A DNA stretch of 64,000 bases from an uncultured bacterium (GTDB lineage Bacteria > Babelota > Babeliae > Babelales > Vermiphilaceae), in the NCBI GenBank assembly GCA_963707655.1, contig OY970172.1, positions 640,001 through 704,000 on the forward strand, read 5' to 3'. The notes below the pieces were generated by a model. The model had not been told where the DNA came from, did not search any database, and saw nothing but the letters and a program-made list of their open reading frames with translations. The position numbers were made by a program, and so were the translations under genes. Of this stretch, positions 29,963 through 38,701 are shown in pieces (positions within the stretch are counted from its first letter, which is position 1; each line of letters begins with the position of its first letter).

Positions 29963-30473
29963 AATGACCGGGCTTGATCCGGAACAAGATAAAATTTTAG
30001 AAATTGCGACTATTATTACCGACGGACAGTTACAAGAAATTGCGCAAGGGCCGGTCATAACTATTGCATGCGAAGAATCGATTTTAAGTACCATGAATGA
30101 TTGGGTAACCAAGACACACACAAAATCTGGCTTGCTTGATCAAGTCCGGGCCTCTCGAATTAGCAGTGCACAAGCAGAAGAAGAAACATTGGCATTCATT
30201 GCTGCACATTGCATAGAAAATAAAGCTATCTTGGCAGGCAATTCGATATGGCAAGATAAATATTTTCTGATGAAGCATATGCCAAAGATTGTTGCGTATC
30301 TCAACTACCGTTTGATCGATGTGAGTTCAGTAAAAGAGATTGTTCGTCGCTGGTATCCGAACAATGAAAAAAGCTTCTTCCCAAAACCCAACGCTCATCG
30401 CGCGCTGGCTGACATTCGCGAATCTATTGAAGAGCTTAAACATTATAGAACTTATTTCTTTGTCAAACCGTGA
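29925..30473 (+). CDS. orn: Oligoribonuclease
   Basis: LVWIDLEMTGL, LAGNSI, YRLIDVSS, HRALADIRESIEEL; start moved to MNKEQN. Confidence 0.96.
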   Translation: MNKEQNLVWIDLEMTGLDPEQDKILEIATIITDGQLQEIAQGPVITIACEESILSTMNDWVTKTHTKSGLLDQVRASRISSAQAEEETLAFIAAHCIENKAILAGNSIWQDKYFLMKHMPKIVAYLNYRLIDVSSVKEIVRRWYPNNEKSFFPKPNAHRALADIRESIEELKHYRTYFFVKP

Positions 30474-30514
30474 AAATAGCCTCAAAGCACGTTGGCCATG
30501 GAGATGGAGAAAAC

Positions 30515-31054
30515 ATGAACAATATAGACACTACACATCACTCATTCTTGCCAGGAGAACTTGTTACCTTATCTCCTTTGCAAGAAATTCACATAGAAAA
30601 TTATCTCTCTTCTTTTTCTTCAACAGTTATGGCGGCGCTTCATGTGAGCACTCTGCAAGCCGAGCGCGACTATCTACAGAGCTGTTTACAAGAAATGCAT
30701 GAGGAGAAAACCTTTTTTTATCTTATTCACCATGCTGGCGACCAAAAGTTGATTGGTGCCATTGCTATCCGCGATCCGCAAAAATACCCCGGGCAGCTGT
30801 ATAGTTGGCTCAATGAAAACTACTGGGGCGGTGGGCGATATCAGGAAGCATTAGCATTAATTACCCAATTCTATTTTGCTCGCACCCAGGCTCTTTTTAT
30901 AACGGCACAGGTTGATATTACCAATACACGAAGCCACCGTGCGCTTAAAAAATATGGCTTCGCCGATAGCGGTATTTCTCAAGGACCTTATGGCAAGCAA
31001 TTTGAACTCATTTTGCGCAATAAGACTCGGGTCTTGCCTGGAGATAAAGTTTAA
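30515..31054 (+). CDS. GNAT (RimJ/RimL-like) acetyltransferase
   Basis: WLNENYWGGG, NTRSHRALKKYGF. Confidence 0.75.
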   Translation: MNNIDTTHHSFLPGELVTLSPLQEIHIENYLSSFSSTVMAALHVSTLQAERDYLQSCLQEMHEEKTFFYLIHHAGDQKLIGAIAIRDPQKYPGQLYSWLNENYWGGGRYQEALALITQFYFARTQALFITAQVDITNTRSHRALKKYGFADSGISQGPYGKQFELILRNKTRVLPGDKV

Positions 31055-31125
31055 AAAATGATACAATAGTCTTTAAGTAACGCCACTTTTTACGTTTCTA
31101 CAACGTCTACACTTCTGGGGGTTTC

Positions 31126-31913
31126 ATGGTTCGTTTTAAGCGCAAAAATTATTCTTCATCACTCAATGGCCGCCCGCTTCTTGATGCAGTAATTCTTAAA
31201 GATCGCTCATCCATTGATTTCGCTCAATTTCCTTTTTCTCTTCCGATTATCAAAAATTTAACGAAGATTCATTTTCCTACCCAGGTTACCTTTTTTGTCG
31301 GTGAAAATGGCGCAGGAAAATCAACTCCGCTTGAAACTATCGCCACCCATGTTGGCTATGGAGCAGAAGGAGGGGGCAAAAATATTGCCTTTAAAACAGC
31401 TGAGGAAAGCACCTATACAATTTCTCAACAATTCGCCGAGCATTTGACCCTTTCATGGAATCAAAAACCCAGAGACGGTTACTTTTTAGGGCAGAAAGTT
31501 TTTATAATGTGGCGAGCAAAATTGATGCTATAGGAGATGGCGTGCTCGATTTTTATCATGGCAAGTCGCTTCATCATCAATCACATGGGGAAAGCTTTTT
31601 TGCATTCTTTCAAAACCGCATGCGCAAAGACCAGGGATTCTTCATTTTAGACGAACCTGAAGCGGCACTTTCACCACAACGTCAACTATCACTCCTGGTT
31701 CTCATTCATGAGCTATGCAAAGATTCAAGCGCGCAGTTCATCATCGCTACCCATTCACCAATTTTGCTTGCGTGCCCCAACGCAACTATTTATTCATGCG
31801 ATACCGGGGCGCTCACGCAAATTGCCTACAAAGATACGGATCATTATAAAATTACCAAACAATTTCTTGATAATCATGAGCATTACTTGAAGCATTTGTT
31901 ACGTGATGATTAA
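31126..31913 (+). CDS. ABC/AAA_21-type ATPase, frameshifted in a T run near 31485
   Basis: GENGAGKST in ORF1; RAESFYN, QSHGESF, ILDEPEAALSP, ATHSPIL in ORF2; one added T restores GYFFRAESF. Confidence 0.85.
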
Positions 31914-31970
31914 TCCCCGCTGTTTGCCGCTCATTCGAGCTAATGTTATTTTTCGAAAAATAAAGAAATT

Positions 31971-33308
31971 TCAACAATATTGATTCGCGGTAGTCATCAC
32001 CGTTGCTGACATATTTCCCAAAGCATCAAAGGCAACAATATAATAAGTATAATTTATGTTTGGGTTTCTCCCGTGATCATAATAGACCAAGGGCCCTGAT
32101 GCAGGAACCGTTCCTACCAATTGTGTTAACCCTGGGTCACGATAAATCGCATATGAGACTATGGTGTTCCCCCCTGAAGGTGCGGACCAGGTTAAGTAAT
32201 TGTAATTATCGATTTCGGTTAAGAAGATGTTTTTTCTTTTGCAGCCGGTGAATGACATTGGTAAATGCACACCGATAAAAATAACAGTTACCGTATTGTT
32301 TCCTGCATTTGCAACATAGGCAAACTGTCCATCAGGGGTAATAGTTATTGTCTGTGGATTACTAAATCCGGTGATAGTATAGATTACCGTATTAGTTGCT
32401 GTGTCAATGATACTCACGGTATTGCCTGCAGCATTGGAAACATAGCCATAGCTCCCATCAGGAGTAAAAGCAATCGAAACAGGGGCATCAAAGACACCAG
32501 TTAGGCCAGGTGTTGGTACGATTGTATTAGTTGCTATATCTATTACGGTCACCGTATCACTCCCTCCTCCGTTGGTAACATATGCATAAGCGCCATTAGG
32601 AGTTATGGTAATTGATTGAGGAGTTGTGAAACCAGAAGATAAGCCCGGAGCAGGGACGATCGTATTAGTTGCAGTATCTATCACGGTTACTCCATCAAAA
32701 AGATTAGTAACATAGGCAAACTGACCATCAGGAGTTATTGCGATAAAATCTGGAGCAATAAAGCCAGTATCAAGCCCCGGTGTTGATAAAATAGTATTAG
32801 TCGCAATATCAATAACACTCACGCCGGCACCGCCATTGGCAACATAAGCAAACTGACCATTAGGAGTTATTGCTATTGATTCAGGACCATTAAATGTGCC
32901 CGTTAAAGCTGGGGTTGATACAACGGTATTGGTTGCAGTTGATATCACTACCACACTATTATTACCCGCACTTGCGACATAGACAAACTGGCCATTAGGA
33001 GTTATTGCGAGCGACTGTGGAACGTTGAAAATATTATCAAGGCCCGGTGTTGATAATACGGTGTCAGTTGCGGTAACTATCACATTTGCGCTGTTATTGC
33101 CCAGATTTATAACATAGACAAACTCTCCATTTGGGGTTACTGCAAGAGACAAAGGAACAGAAAAACCGGGTATAGGGGAAAAAAGAGCATCGAAATGGGT
33201 TATGGGTACAAAGTGAAAGCCCGGTATGACATACATAATAGTATTTGATTGATAAGCGAATAGAAAATTAAAGGTAGACAGGGCAATAACTAATAGTTTT
33301 TTGTACAT
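31971..33308 (-). CDS. YncE/YVTN-repeat beta-propeller protein with a C-terminal fibronectin III-like domain
   Basis: Seven repeats of the type P.S[IL]AITP[ND]GQF[AV]YV.N...V.VID.ATNT; LTWSAP...Y.IYR...Y.Y.IVA.D..GN.S. Confidence 0.88.
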   Translation of the reverse strand: MYKKLLVIALSTFNFLFAYQSNTIMYVIPGFHFVPITHFDALFSPIPGFSVPLSLAVTPNGEFVYVINLGNNSANVIVTATDTVLSTPGLDNIFNVPQSLAITPNGQFVYVASAGNNSVVVISTATNTVVSTPALTGTFNGPESIAITPNGQFAYVANGGAGVSVIDIATNTILSTPGLDTGFIAPDFIAITPDGQFAYVTNLFDGVTVIDTATNTIVPAPGLSSGFTTPQSITITPNGAYAYVTNGGGSDTVTVIDIATNTIVPTPGLTGVFDAPVSIAFTPDGSYGYVSNAAGNTVSIIDTATNTVIYTITGFSNPQTITITPDGQFAYVANAGNNTVTVIFIGVHLPMSFTGCKRKNIFLTEIDNYNYLTWSAPSGGNTIVSYAIYRDPGLTQLVGTVPASGPLVYYDHGRNPNINYTYYIVAFDALGNMSATVMTTANQYC

Positions 33309-33482
33309 GTTTTTTCTCTGTTAAAAAGATAAGATTTATATAATCCATGATCATACTAGTCTTGTATAAATCACCGAGTCAACAAAACTATTAGCTAAGG
33401 CAAAACGAGCTTGCCTACGGCTCAGTATCAGATATGGCATTTAGTTGAGCTTATCTTTTTGCCGCCAGTCCACAAATTCTAA

Positions 33483-33510
33483 TTGACAATTTTTGTCAAC
33501 GAGCTACTAT
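33483..33510. promoter_or_regulatory. Palindromic -35 element and promoter in a divergent intergenic region
   Basis: TTGACAA-ttt-TTGTCAA inverted repeat; TTGACA-N16-TACTAT on +. Confidence 0.55.
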
Positions 33511-33568
33511 TAAAAATAGGATAAAATAAGTAAAAAATGTTTCAAAGCTAAAACTTAAAGAGGTTCGA

Positions 33569-34318
33569 TTGAATATCATAAAAAAATTATTCATCTTTAT
33601 GCTTGCCGCCAGCCTTGTGTCAGCGCAGGCAGATTATAAATGGAACGATGGCCTGGGAAAAATTTTTAGCAGCATAGGCAATGGCGCGGGGCGCGTAACA
33701 TCATCTCCCCTTATTAAAAAACATAAAAACAAAATTATTGCAGGAACAGCTGCTGTTGGCGGTCTGAGCGTTGCGGCCTATTTTGGCTGGTGGCATTGGT
33801 TCAAAAGGCCGGCAATTAATCAAATTAAAGCAGACTTATTGCAGGCGGAAATAGAGCGAGATAATCAAAATAAGTTATCTATTCACATGAATGGATATCA
33901 CAGGAAGCTTGCAGCAGAACTTGACAACCTTGTTGGGGCACCGGCGATGTCTTGTCTAAATAGGGCAGGCAAACAGAGAATTGAGGAAGACCGTCAATCT
34001 AAAATAGCAGAAAGCAATCGTGCACGAGAAATTACCCAGGAATTGGAAGACATAAAGGATGACTTTTCAGCGATTGACGCAAGTCAGCCGTTATATACCA
34101 ATAGTAGTTATTATCGAATTATGCAAGCTAAATATCAGCTAGGCAGAGCGGATGGAAATTCATCTCCTATTCTTATCAAGCCAAGTGGATGGCAAGAATA
34201 CGTTGATAAGTCTAGAAGCGGATGGAAAGATGATGTAACTTGTGATGTGGCAGCTATAAGAACAGCCCGAGAAGAAGTCATAGCATACTACAAGAAAAAC
34301 ATCAGTAGCCAGTTTTGA
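33569..34318 (+). CDS. Hypothetical exported protein, leader-cassette paralog A
   Basis: About 80 aa N-terminus (signal, ADYKWNDGLGKIFSSIG, TM ending AYFGWWHW) shared with the next gene; TTG start. Confidence 0.7.
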   Translation: MNIIKKLFIFMLAASLVSAQADYKWNDGLGKIFSSIGNGAGRVTSSPLIKKHKNKIIAGTAAVGGLSVAAYFGWWHWFKRPAINQIKADLLQAEIERDNQNKLSIHMNGYHRKLAAELDNLVGAPAMSCLNRAGKQRIEEDRQSKIAESNRAREITQELEDIKDDFSAIDASQPLYTNSSYYRIMQAKYQLGRADGNSSPILIKPSGWQEYVDKSRSGWKDDVTCDVAAIRTAREEVIAYYKKNISSQF

Positions 34319-34450
34319 TGACAATCACAATATTGTAACAAAATATTATGATGATTCAGATAATCCAGATCAAGTTACTCGAACTGAGGTTGTTTACACA
34401 CAAGCGAGTGACATTCTTTAAAGAGGTTTTTCCACTACGAGGATTTGACT

Positions 34451-35188
34451 ATGAATATCATGAAAAAATTATTCGTCTTTATGCTTGCCACCAATCTTGT
34501 GTCAGCGCAGGCAGATTATAAATGGAACGATGGCCTAGGAAAGATTTTTAGCAGCATAGGCAAAAGTACGGGACGAGCGTATCAGAGCGTAACATCGTCT
34601 CCCATCGTTAAAGAACATAAGAATAAAATTGTTATTGGAACAGCGACTGTTGGTGGCTTGGGAATTTTTGCCTATTTTGGCTGGTGGCACTGGGTTAAAA
34701 AACCAACATTAAAGAGTGAATTGTCTGATGCTGAAAGTAAATTAAAACACCTGCACGTGTTAAGAACAGATGCAGAAGCATCAGAAAAACTTTGCACCGA
34801 TACATTGGAGACATTATTTCCATCTGAGCAAATACCATTAGGCGCTAATTCGTTTGTACAGCAAGCTGAAGCTGAACGGATAAGAAACGAAAAAATACGA
34901 AAAGATTCTGTTGCATTGGCACTTCAACAACGCGCTCGTCAAGCATGGGAAGAGAAAATTAAGCACGAAAGCGCTGTGAACCAAACACTATTGAAAATCA
35001 CTATACTCTCTCGAAGGCTAGGCATAAAAGATGGCGCAACAGTACCTCCTGATCGCACTAATCGCATGTCGCCTGACGATACACGATATTTGATGACAAG
35101 CATTATTCATTCGGATGGCACTACCAGCACAAGGTGTTATTGTGATCCAAAAGGTCATCCTAAGAATGAGTTTGAATTTTTTCTTTAA
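34451..35188 (+). CDS. Hypothetical exported protein, leader-cassette paralog B
   Basis: Same N-terminal module; C-terminus not alignable to paralog A by eye. Confidence 0.7.
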   Translation: MNIMKKLFVFMLATNLVSAQADYKWNDGLGKIFSSIGKSTGRAYQSVTSSPIVKEHKNKIVIGTATVGGLGIFAYFGWWHWVKKPTLKSELSDAESKLKHLHVLRTDAEASEKLCTDTLETLFPSEQIPLGANSFVQQAEAERIRNEKIRKDSVALALQQRARQAWEEKIKHESAVNQTLLKITILSRRLGIKDGATVPPDRTNRMSPDDTRYLMTSIIHSDGTTSTRCYCDPKGHPKNEFEFFL

Positions 35189-35218
35189 AAATCATTTTTA
35201 CTATTCTTAAAAACTTTA

Positions 35219-35254
35219 AGAGAGGGACACGTAAAAAATGTCCCTCTCTTTTTT
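35219..35254. terminator. Terminator between convergent genes
   Basis: AGAGAGGGACA-loop-TGTCCCTCTCT followed by a T-run. Confidence 0.8.
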
Positions 35255-35257
35255 GTA

Positions 35258-36775
35258 TTATTCTAAAATCGGCTTGCTGTTTGAAACAAAGATTTTACCA
35301 AATTCATGCGCTGCTGCTTTAAGCGGCTCAATAATTGCATCATTTAAATCTTTTGTCTCTTCTATGCTCTCGTACAATTCCGGATACAATGATTTAACAT
35401 AGCTCACAAATTGGGTAACAAACGGACGCACATCGGTGAGCGCCAATGAATCCAAGAAGTTTTCTTTGAGCAAGAAAAGCATTAATGTTTGGTCAACAAA
35501 AGAATAGGTCACAAAGAGCGGCTGCTTTAATATTTCTATTGCCACCGCACCGCGCACTAATTTGCGTTGCGACACTTCATCAAGCTCGGTGCCAAACTGA
35601 GCAAAATCAAGCAACTCATTGTATTGTGCCAACTCCAGACGAAGCGCCTTGGTCACCTTTTTAATTGCTGCTGTTTGCGCAGCACCGCCAACACGAGAAA
35701 CAGAAAGCTCTATATTTACCGCAGGGCGAATTCCCTGATTAAATAATTTTGCATCCAAAAATATCTGCCCATCAGTTATAGAAATGAGATTGGTAGGAAT
35801 ATAGGCGGTAATATCATCACTCTGAATTTGTGCAATAGGAATCGCAGTTAATGATCCACCAGAAGCCATTTTGCCCGCGCGTTCAAGCAGACGTGAATGC
35901 AAATAGAACACATCACCCGGATATGCTTCACGGCCGGGAGCGCGGCGCATAAGCAAAGACATTTCACGATAGGCAATTGCATGGTTGCTTAAATCATCAT
36001 AAATAATAAGCGCGTCTTGCTTGTTGTCTCTAAAATATTCAGCAATGGTGCAGCCAACATACGGAGCAAGGTATTGATCCAATACCGCTTCACTGGCATT
36101 TGCACTCACCACAATCGTATAATCAAGCGCCCCATTTTCTGCCAAAGTACCAATAATGCGCGCCAAGTTGGCTTGTCGCTGGCCAATGGAAACATAGACA
36201 CAGATAACATTTTTGCCTTTTTGATGCAAAATGGTATCGATAATTAAAGAAGTTTTACCGGTATTACGATTACCAATAATTAACTCACGTTGCCCTTTAC
36301 CAATAGGAAACAGCGTATCAATGGCAATACAGCCGGTCTCCAATGATTCATTAATAGGGCTCCGTTCAATAATTTGGGGAATCTTTTCTTCGACAGCGCG
36401 CAGCTCCGTCGCTTCCAGCTCACCAAGAGCATCTATGGGTTTACCCAGCGCATTTACCGTGCGGCCAATAAGTGCACTTCCTACCGGCACTTTAAAAACG
36501 GTGCCCGTTCTTTTTGCTACTTCAAGTTCTGCGACAGGAATGGTGCGATATAAAACAAAAATTGCAGCAGCATCTTCATCAAGATCAAAAATTATTCCTT
36601 TGTTGCCACCCTCAAAGTCTATAAGTTCACCAAATATTGCGTTTGCTAGGCCATGCACGTAGCAAATGCCATCACCCACTTTGACTACAATGCCAATTTC
36701 ATCAAGCGATTGCCTTGGCTTTTCTTGTAGTGATTGTTCAAATAATGAAACAAGATCAATATTTTTTACGTTCAT
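35258..36775 (-). CDS. atpA: F1F0 ATP synthase subunit alpha
   Basis: VGDGI, PIGKGQRELIIG, RRAPGREAYPGDVFYLHSRLLERA, ISITDGQIFL, SVSRVGGAAQ. Confidence 0.98.
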   Translation of the reverse strand: MNVKNIDLVSLFEQSLQEKPRQSLDEIGIVVKVGDGICYVHGLANAIFGELIDFEGGNKGIIFDLDEDAAAIFVLYRTIPVAELEVAKRTGTVFKVPVGSALIGRTVNALGKPIDALGELEATELRAVEEKIPQIIERSPINESLETGCIAIDTLFPIGKGQRELIIGNRNTGKTSLIIDTILHQKGKNVICVYVSIGQRQANLARIIGTLAENGALDYTIVVSANASEAVLDQYLAPYVGCTIAEYFRDNKQDALIIYDDLSNHAIAYREMSLLMRRAPGREAYPGDVFYLHSRLLERAGKMASGGSLTAIPIAQIQSDDITAYIPTNLISITDGQIFLDAKLFNQGIRPAVNIELSVSRVGGAAQTAAIKKVTKALRLELAQYNELLDFAQFGTELDEVSQRKLVRGAVAIEILKQPLFVTYSFVDQTLMLFLLKENFLDSLALTDVRPFVTQFVSYVKSLYPELYESIEETKDLNDAIIEPLKAAAHEFGKIFVSNSKPILE

Positions 36776-36784
36776 TGTATGCCT

Positions 36785-37330
36785 TTATTGAGTAAACGTA
36801 TGGGTGAAATTGCGTAGATATTGTTCAAGCGAGCGCTCCCACAGATAATTGGCACTGTGCAAACGTAGCCCCGCAATTAAATCTTTGTTAATCATATATT
36901 CATAGATAATAGTCTTGCCGGTCAGCTGCGCAAGAAGATCTGCCACTTCCCGTTCTTGCTCGGCAGAGAGCGGGTGAGCGCTTTCTATAGTGAAGGAAGC
37001 AATGTTTTGTTGCTCCATGATCATTTCATGCAGATATTTTAAAATAAGAGTTATTAAAATACCTCTTTTGTGGGCGATAAGTAAATTGATGAGCGCATCA
37101 AACGCGTGCCGGGGAAGCCCAAACTGTTCAATTAAAATTTTTTGCAACGCCTTCTTTTTTTCTTCCGGTGCAAGCGCTGAAAGATTAAGGAAAAAAGTAA
37201 AGTGACTATGATGAGCAAAAAACTCGTGCGCACGAGCAAGCTTTTGAATGTCCTCAGGACTGAACAGAGAAGAAAAAGAATGGGCAAAAGCAAGCGCATA
37301 TTTGCGCGCGAGCATTGTTTGTTTATTCAC
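36785..37330 (-). CDS. atpH: ATP synthase subunit delta
   Basis: LARKYALA, IESAHPLS, DLIAGL; position upstream of atpA. Confidence 0.88.
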   Translation of the reverse strand: MNKQTMLARKYALAFAHSFSSLFSPEDIQKLARAHEFFAHHSHFTFFLNLSALAPEEKKKALQKILIEQFGLPRHAFDALINLLIAHKRGILITLILKYLHEMIMEQQNIASFTIESAHPLSAEQEREVADLLAQLTGKTIIYEYMINKDLIAGLRLHSANYLWERSLEQYLRNFTHTFTQ

Positions 37331-37818
37331 TTACCACTCCTCTTCAATAATGAAAGTGTTGTGGCAATGTACTGTTCTGCATGTGCACTATTTTCATAAT
37401 ATTTTTGCAGCTTCTCTTGCGCTTGCGGAATCGCTTGCACCATGACAAGCCGCGTTAGCGTTTGTTGCGCCAACTGCATTGTTTGCTGATCAGTCCGCTG
37501 CGCCATCTGCTCAAGAATCTGTTTTTTTGTTTGATTCAATTTTTCTTCATTGGCTTTAAAGTTGATGTGCCACTGATCCACTTTAGATTTTAATAGCATG
37601 CATTGCTTTTCAAGATTGCGCTGCTCTTGCTTGCCCTCATCAAGGCGAGATTCAAGCATGCCTTGTTGCTGTTTAAGACCGGTTTCAAATGCTTCTTGCT
37701 CTGAAACTGCATCTTCAAGCGAATTAAGGAGATATTTTTTAAAAACATAAACTGCCAGAAACACAAGGGCACACAGATTTATGAGACGAAAGGCAAAGGC
37801 AACCACAGCTGAAAACAT
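37327..37818 (-). CDS. atpF: ATP synthase subunit b
   Basis: N-terminal TM (FRLINL) plus coiled coil; operon position. Confidence 0.7.
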   Translation of the reverse strand: MFSAVVAFAFRLINLCALVFLAVYVFKKYLLNSLEDAVSEQEAFETGLKQQQGMLESRLDEGKQEQRNLEKQCMLLKSKVDQWHINFKANEEKLNQTKKQILEQMAQRTDQQTMQLAQQTLTRLVMVQAIPQAQEKLQKYYENSAHAEQYIATTLSLLKRSGK

Positions 37819-38177
37819 TATTTTTCCACCCCTTGTATGAGCACGTTTGTCATTTTTGCAATATTCTCTTGCACCGTTGCTGAATCAAGAGGAATTAGGC
37901 TCACGGTTGGCACGGGCTTGTGCCGAGTGAATTTTTCGCGTGAAGGATTGTGCGCGGCAAAATAATTCTTACAACGCATCCAAATGTTCAGCCTTTCTTG
38001 TTCATTGATGGCAATACGCTCTTTGATCTGCTGCAATGAGGAAAGAAGCGTCTCACGAACGCTTTTTTCTTGTTGGATAATGGTAAGAACGGGTTTGAGG
38101 ATCAACCCGCGTATTATAAGATATGCAATAAAAAAATGTATTACCTGAAATAGTAACGTAATATTGATTGCAATCAT
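37818..38177 (-). CDS. ATP synthase subunit b' (b-like)
   Basis: INITLLFQVIHFFIAY..LILKPV typical of b/b' N-termini; operon position. Confidence 0.7.
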   Translation of the reverse strand: MIAINITLLFQVIHFFIAYLIIRGLILKPVLTIIQQEKSVRETLLSSLQQIKERIAINEQERLNIWMRCKNYFAAHNPSREKFTRHKPVPTVSLIPLDSATVQENIAKMTNVLIQGVEK

Positions 38178-38194
38178 GAACTATAATAACCCTA

Positions 38195-38452
38195 TTAAAG
38201 ATAGATAACACTTACCACAATAAGAGCACCTGCTATTATGAGATTGTATACGGAAGAGCTTTCAATAATACCCATAGCAATAATCATGACTCGTTGAACA
38301 GTGCTTGCGCTTGCCGGATATTTTCCTATATTTTCACATGCTTTCATTCCCACCAATCCTTGACCAATAGATGGCCCAACCGAACCGATGCTCATCGCTA
38401 TGGCAGCTCCGATAAATGCAGCAGCCTTTGCATAGAAAATACCATCATTCAT
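38195..38452 (-). CDS. atpE: ATP synthase subunit c (Na+-type signature)
   Basis: Two-TM hairpin; GPSIGQG and IIESSSVY. Confidence 0.95.
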   Translation of the reverse strand: MNDGIFYAKAAAFIGAAIAMSIGSVGPSIGQGLVGMKACENIGKYPASASTVQRVMIIAMGIIESSSVYNLIIAGALIVVSVIYL

Positions 38453-38701
38453 GATTATCCTTTCTCGGGGTAAGTGTAAGTAATTGTATTATATTTCTTT
38501 AATTTACTCTCTTTTTGTAATGATACAACTTATTGTAAACAATCATAAGAGATCTTCCATAGATTTAAACATTTCTTATGCAAAAGAACAGAGAAAGAAT
38601 TCCTTTTTGGCAGAATTTATAAAATAGGTTAAAATACAATGGCTTTAAGATATTCTGTAAATAGCCTTTTGATCAAGCATAGTAGTAGAAGTGATTCATG
38701 A

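Noticed and set aside
32290..33150. Periodic repeats of about 130 bp as a CRISPR or other DNA repeat array
   Set aside because: They are degenerate in-frame YVTN propeller blades within a CDS; no identical repeats with unique spacers
35258..38452. N-ATPase operon
   Set aside because: N-ATPases have the order atpDCQRBEFAG and no separate delta; here delta is present and the order is E-b'-b-H-A
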